This document shows, piece after piece, positions 62,670 through 64,000 of a stretch of 64,000 nt of DNA (its first letter is position 1; each line of letters begins with the position of its first letter). The notes below the pieces were generated by a model that worked only from the letters and a program-made list of their open reading frames with translations, was not told the origin of the DNA and searched no databases. The stretch is from Mobula hypostoma (lineage: Eukaryota): contig NC_086097.1 in NCBI RefSeq assembly GCF_963921235.1, positions 157,668,001 to 157,732,000 of the forward strand. The letters are read 5' to 3'. The translations under genes and the position numbers were made by a program.

Positions 62670-64000
62670 TGTCATGGTCCAGATCGGGGTCCCTTTAAAT
62701 TTAGCTTGCTTATGTTACGATCCGGACCGTTGATTCCCCGTTTTCCCGTGTCCCTCGACTTTGGTGATTAGAGGCAATTAACACTCAGCTGAACCGGTAG
62801 TTTATAGTCCCTGGCTTTCAGCCGTCCGGGGCGGGAGTGTCTGCAAAGTCACGGCGTGCCAATGTCATCTGGCCGGAGCAAGCCTTGTCTCCGCCCGAAG
62901 CGAGTGCCGGTAATTCGCCTTTCCTCTCTGGAGCAACCCTGTCCAGTTACCTCGCCAAAGTGAGCCTCCAAAGTTTCTTCATCAAGATGGGTCCATCAGT
63001 TAACCCGCCGGAGAGAATCAAGAGCCGCTGTCTACTGTTCCCGGGCTGAGTCGAGAGCTCGGCACTACCCGGAGGTCCCAAGCACCACGTCCTGGCTCCG
63101 GTGGCATCCAAGTACCACGTCCACATCCTGGCCCCGGTGGCATTCAAGTACCATGTCAAGTCCTTGCCCTGGCGGCATTCAAGTACCATGTCCACGTCCT
63201 GGTCCTGGTGGCATTCAAGTACCACGTCCACATCCTGGCTCCAGCGGCATTCAAGTACCATGTCAAGTCCTTTCCCTAGCGGCATTCAAGTACCATGTCC
63301 ACGTCCTGGTCCTGGTGGCATTCAAGTACCATGTCATGTCCTGGCCCTGGCGGCGTTCAAGTACCATGTCAAGTCCTAGCCCTGGCGGCATTCAAGTACC
63401 ATGTCAAGTCCTGGCCCTGGTGGTCTGTGATTCCTGTCCTACCCCCTTGTCTGAATCCCTTCTCTGCCCCTCTCGCCTCTAGCCCTCATCTGCAGCCCCC
63501 GCCTGCACTTCGGTCTAGTTCCATCACCGGAGCTAGATAGGTACTGTCTGGTGTTCATTCATGTTGGTCTCGTCTTGTCCTCGCCTCCGTGGGGGAAGTC
63601 TGGCCGTCTTGCCGTTGCCCCGCAGGGAGTCGTGTCTCATCTTGTCTTGTCCTTGCCTCCGTGGGGTAAGTCAGGCCGTCTTGCCGTTGCCCTGCAGAGG
63701 GTCATGAGTCTTGGCCCTATGTCCTGTACCCAAGGAGGGGTCCCGGCTCTCTGTTCTGTGTGCGAGGCCCGGCCCTATGTCCTGTACCCAAGGAGGGGTT
63801 CCTGCTCTGTGTTCTGTGTATGTGTCCATTGTTCCATGTACCTGCTCTCCCGAGACCGAGGCTCTGTGTTCCCATGTTCTGCCTCTCCCTAGCCCATGTC
63901 ATGTCCATGCCCGGTTCTGGGGTCTGAGCCCGAGGCAAGACCCAGGTATTGGGTACTTGCCCAGAGTCCATACCCTAGCCTCTTCATGTCTCCTCTAGTT
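62670..64000. mobile_element. GC-rich LTR-like element inserted into CR1, running off the window end
   Basis: CR1 similarity stops abruptly at acctgtcca|TGTCATGGTCC; GC-rich with tttatagtcc and internal tandem arrays; the other end is not visible. Confidence 0.6.
63080..63421. repeat. Minisatellite array inside the LTR-like element (33/39-bp variants)
   Basis: ccctggcggcattcaagtaccatgtcaagtc alternating with ...taccatgtccacgtcctggtcctggtggc, about 9 units; further two-copy repeats at about 63572-63697 and 63713-63819. Confidence 0.9.

Noticed and set aside
63080..63421. CRISPR-like array (recurring ggcattcaagtacca)
   Set aside because: The intervening sequences are repeated variants, not unique spacers; the context is eukaryotic with no cas genes; it is a minisatellite.
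34536..64000. Upstream ADGRB1 exons (first TSR, linker, N-terminal domain)
   Set aside because: No WxxW/CxxxC-containing or otherwise recognisable exon was found by eye; they probably lie beyond the window, though a diverged linker exon could have been missed.

Overview
Eukaryotic (vertebrate) genomic DNA, most likely from a cartilaginous fish such as a ray. That assignment is an inference from the repeat complement: shark/ray-type CR1 tails, V-domain tRNA SINEs, Rex1/Babar LINEs and short Penelope-type repeats. The window lies inside a large minus-strand gene, ADGRB1 (BAI1, adhesion GPCR B1). Seven exons with canonical AG/GT borders and a continuous reading frame can be read: four 165-nt thrombospondin type-1 repeat exons, two HormR-domain exons and the first GAIN-domain exon. 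The gene continues beyond position 1, and its upstream exons were not recognised in 34536-64000. The introns hold many transposon remnants: CR1, Rex1/Babar, L2, tRNA SINEs, a PIF/Harbinger deletion derivative, LTRs, a 5'-truncated HERO-clade RLE retrotransposon with a 9-bp TSD, and about a dozen Penelope-type terminal fragments carrying minimal hammerhead ribozyme motifs. The most striking observation is in the HERO 3' UTR, where all hammerhead core elements (GUC, GAAAC, CUGAUGA, stems I and III) occur in a non-circularly permuted, pseudoknotted order. Two frame-preserving candidate microexons and an unexplained ~87-nt hairpin were also seen. Most ORF-track entries are spurious or transposon-derived.
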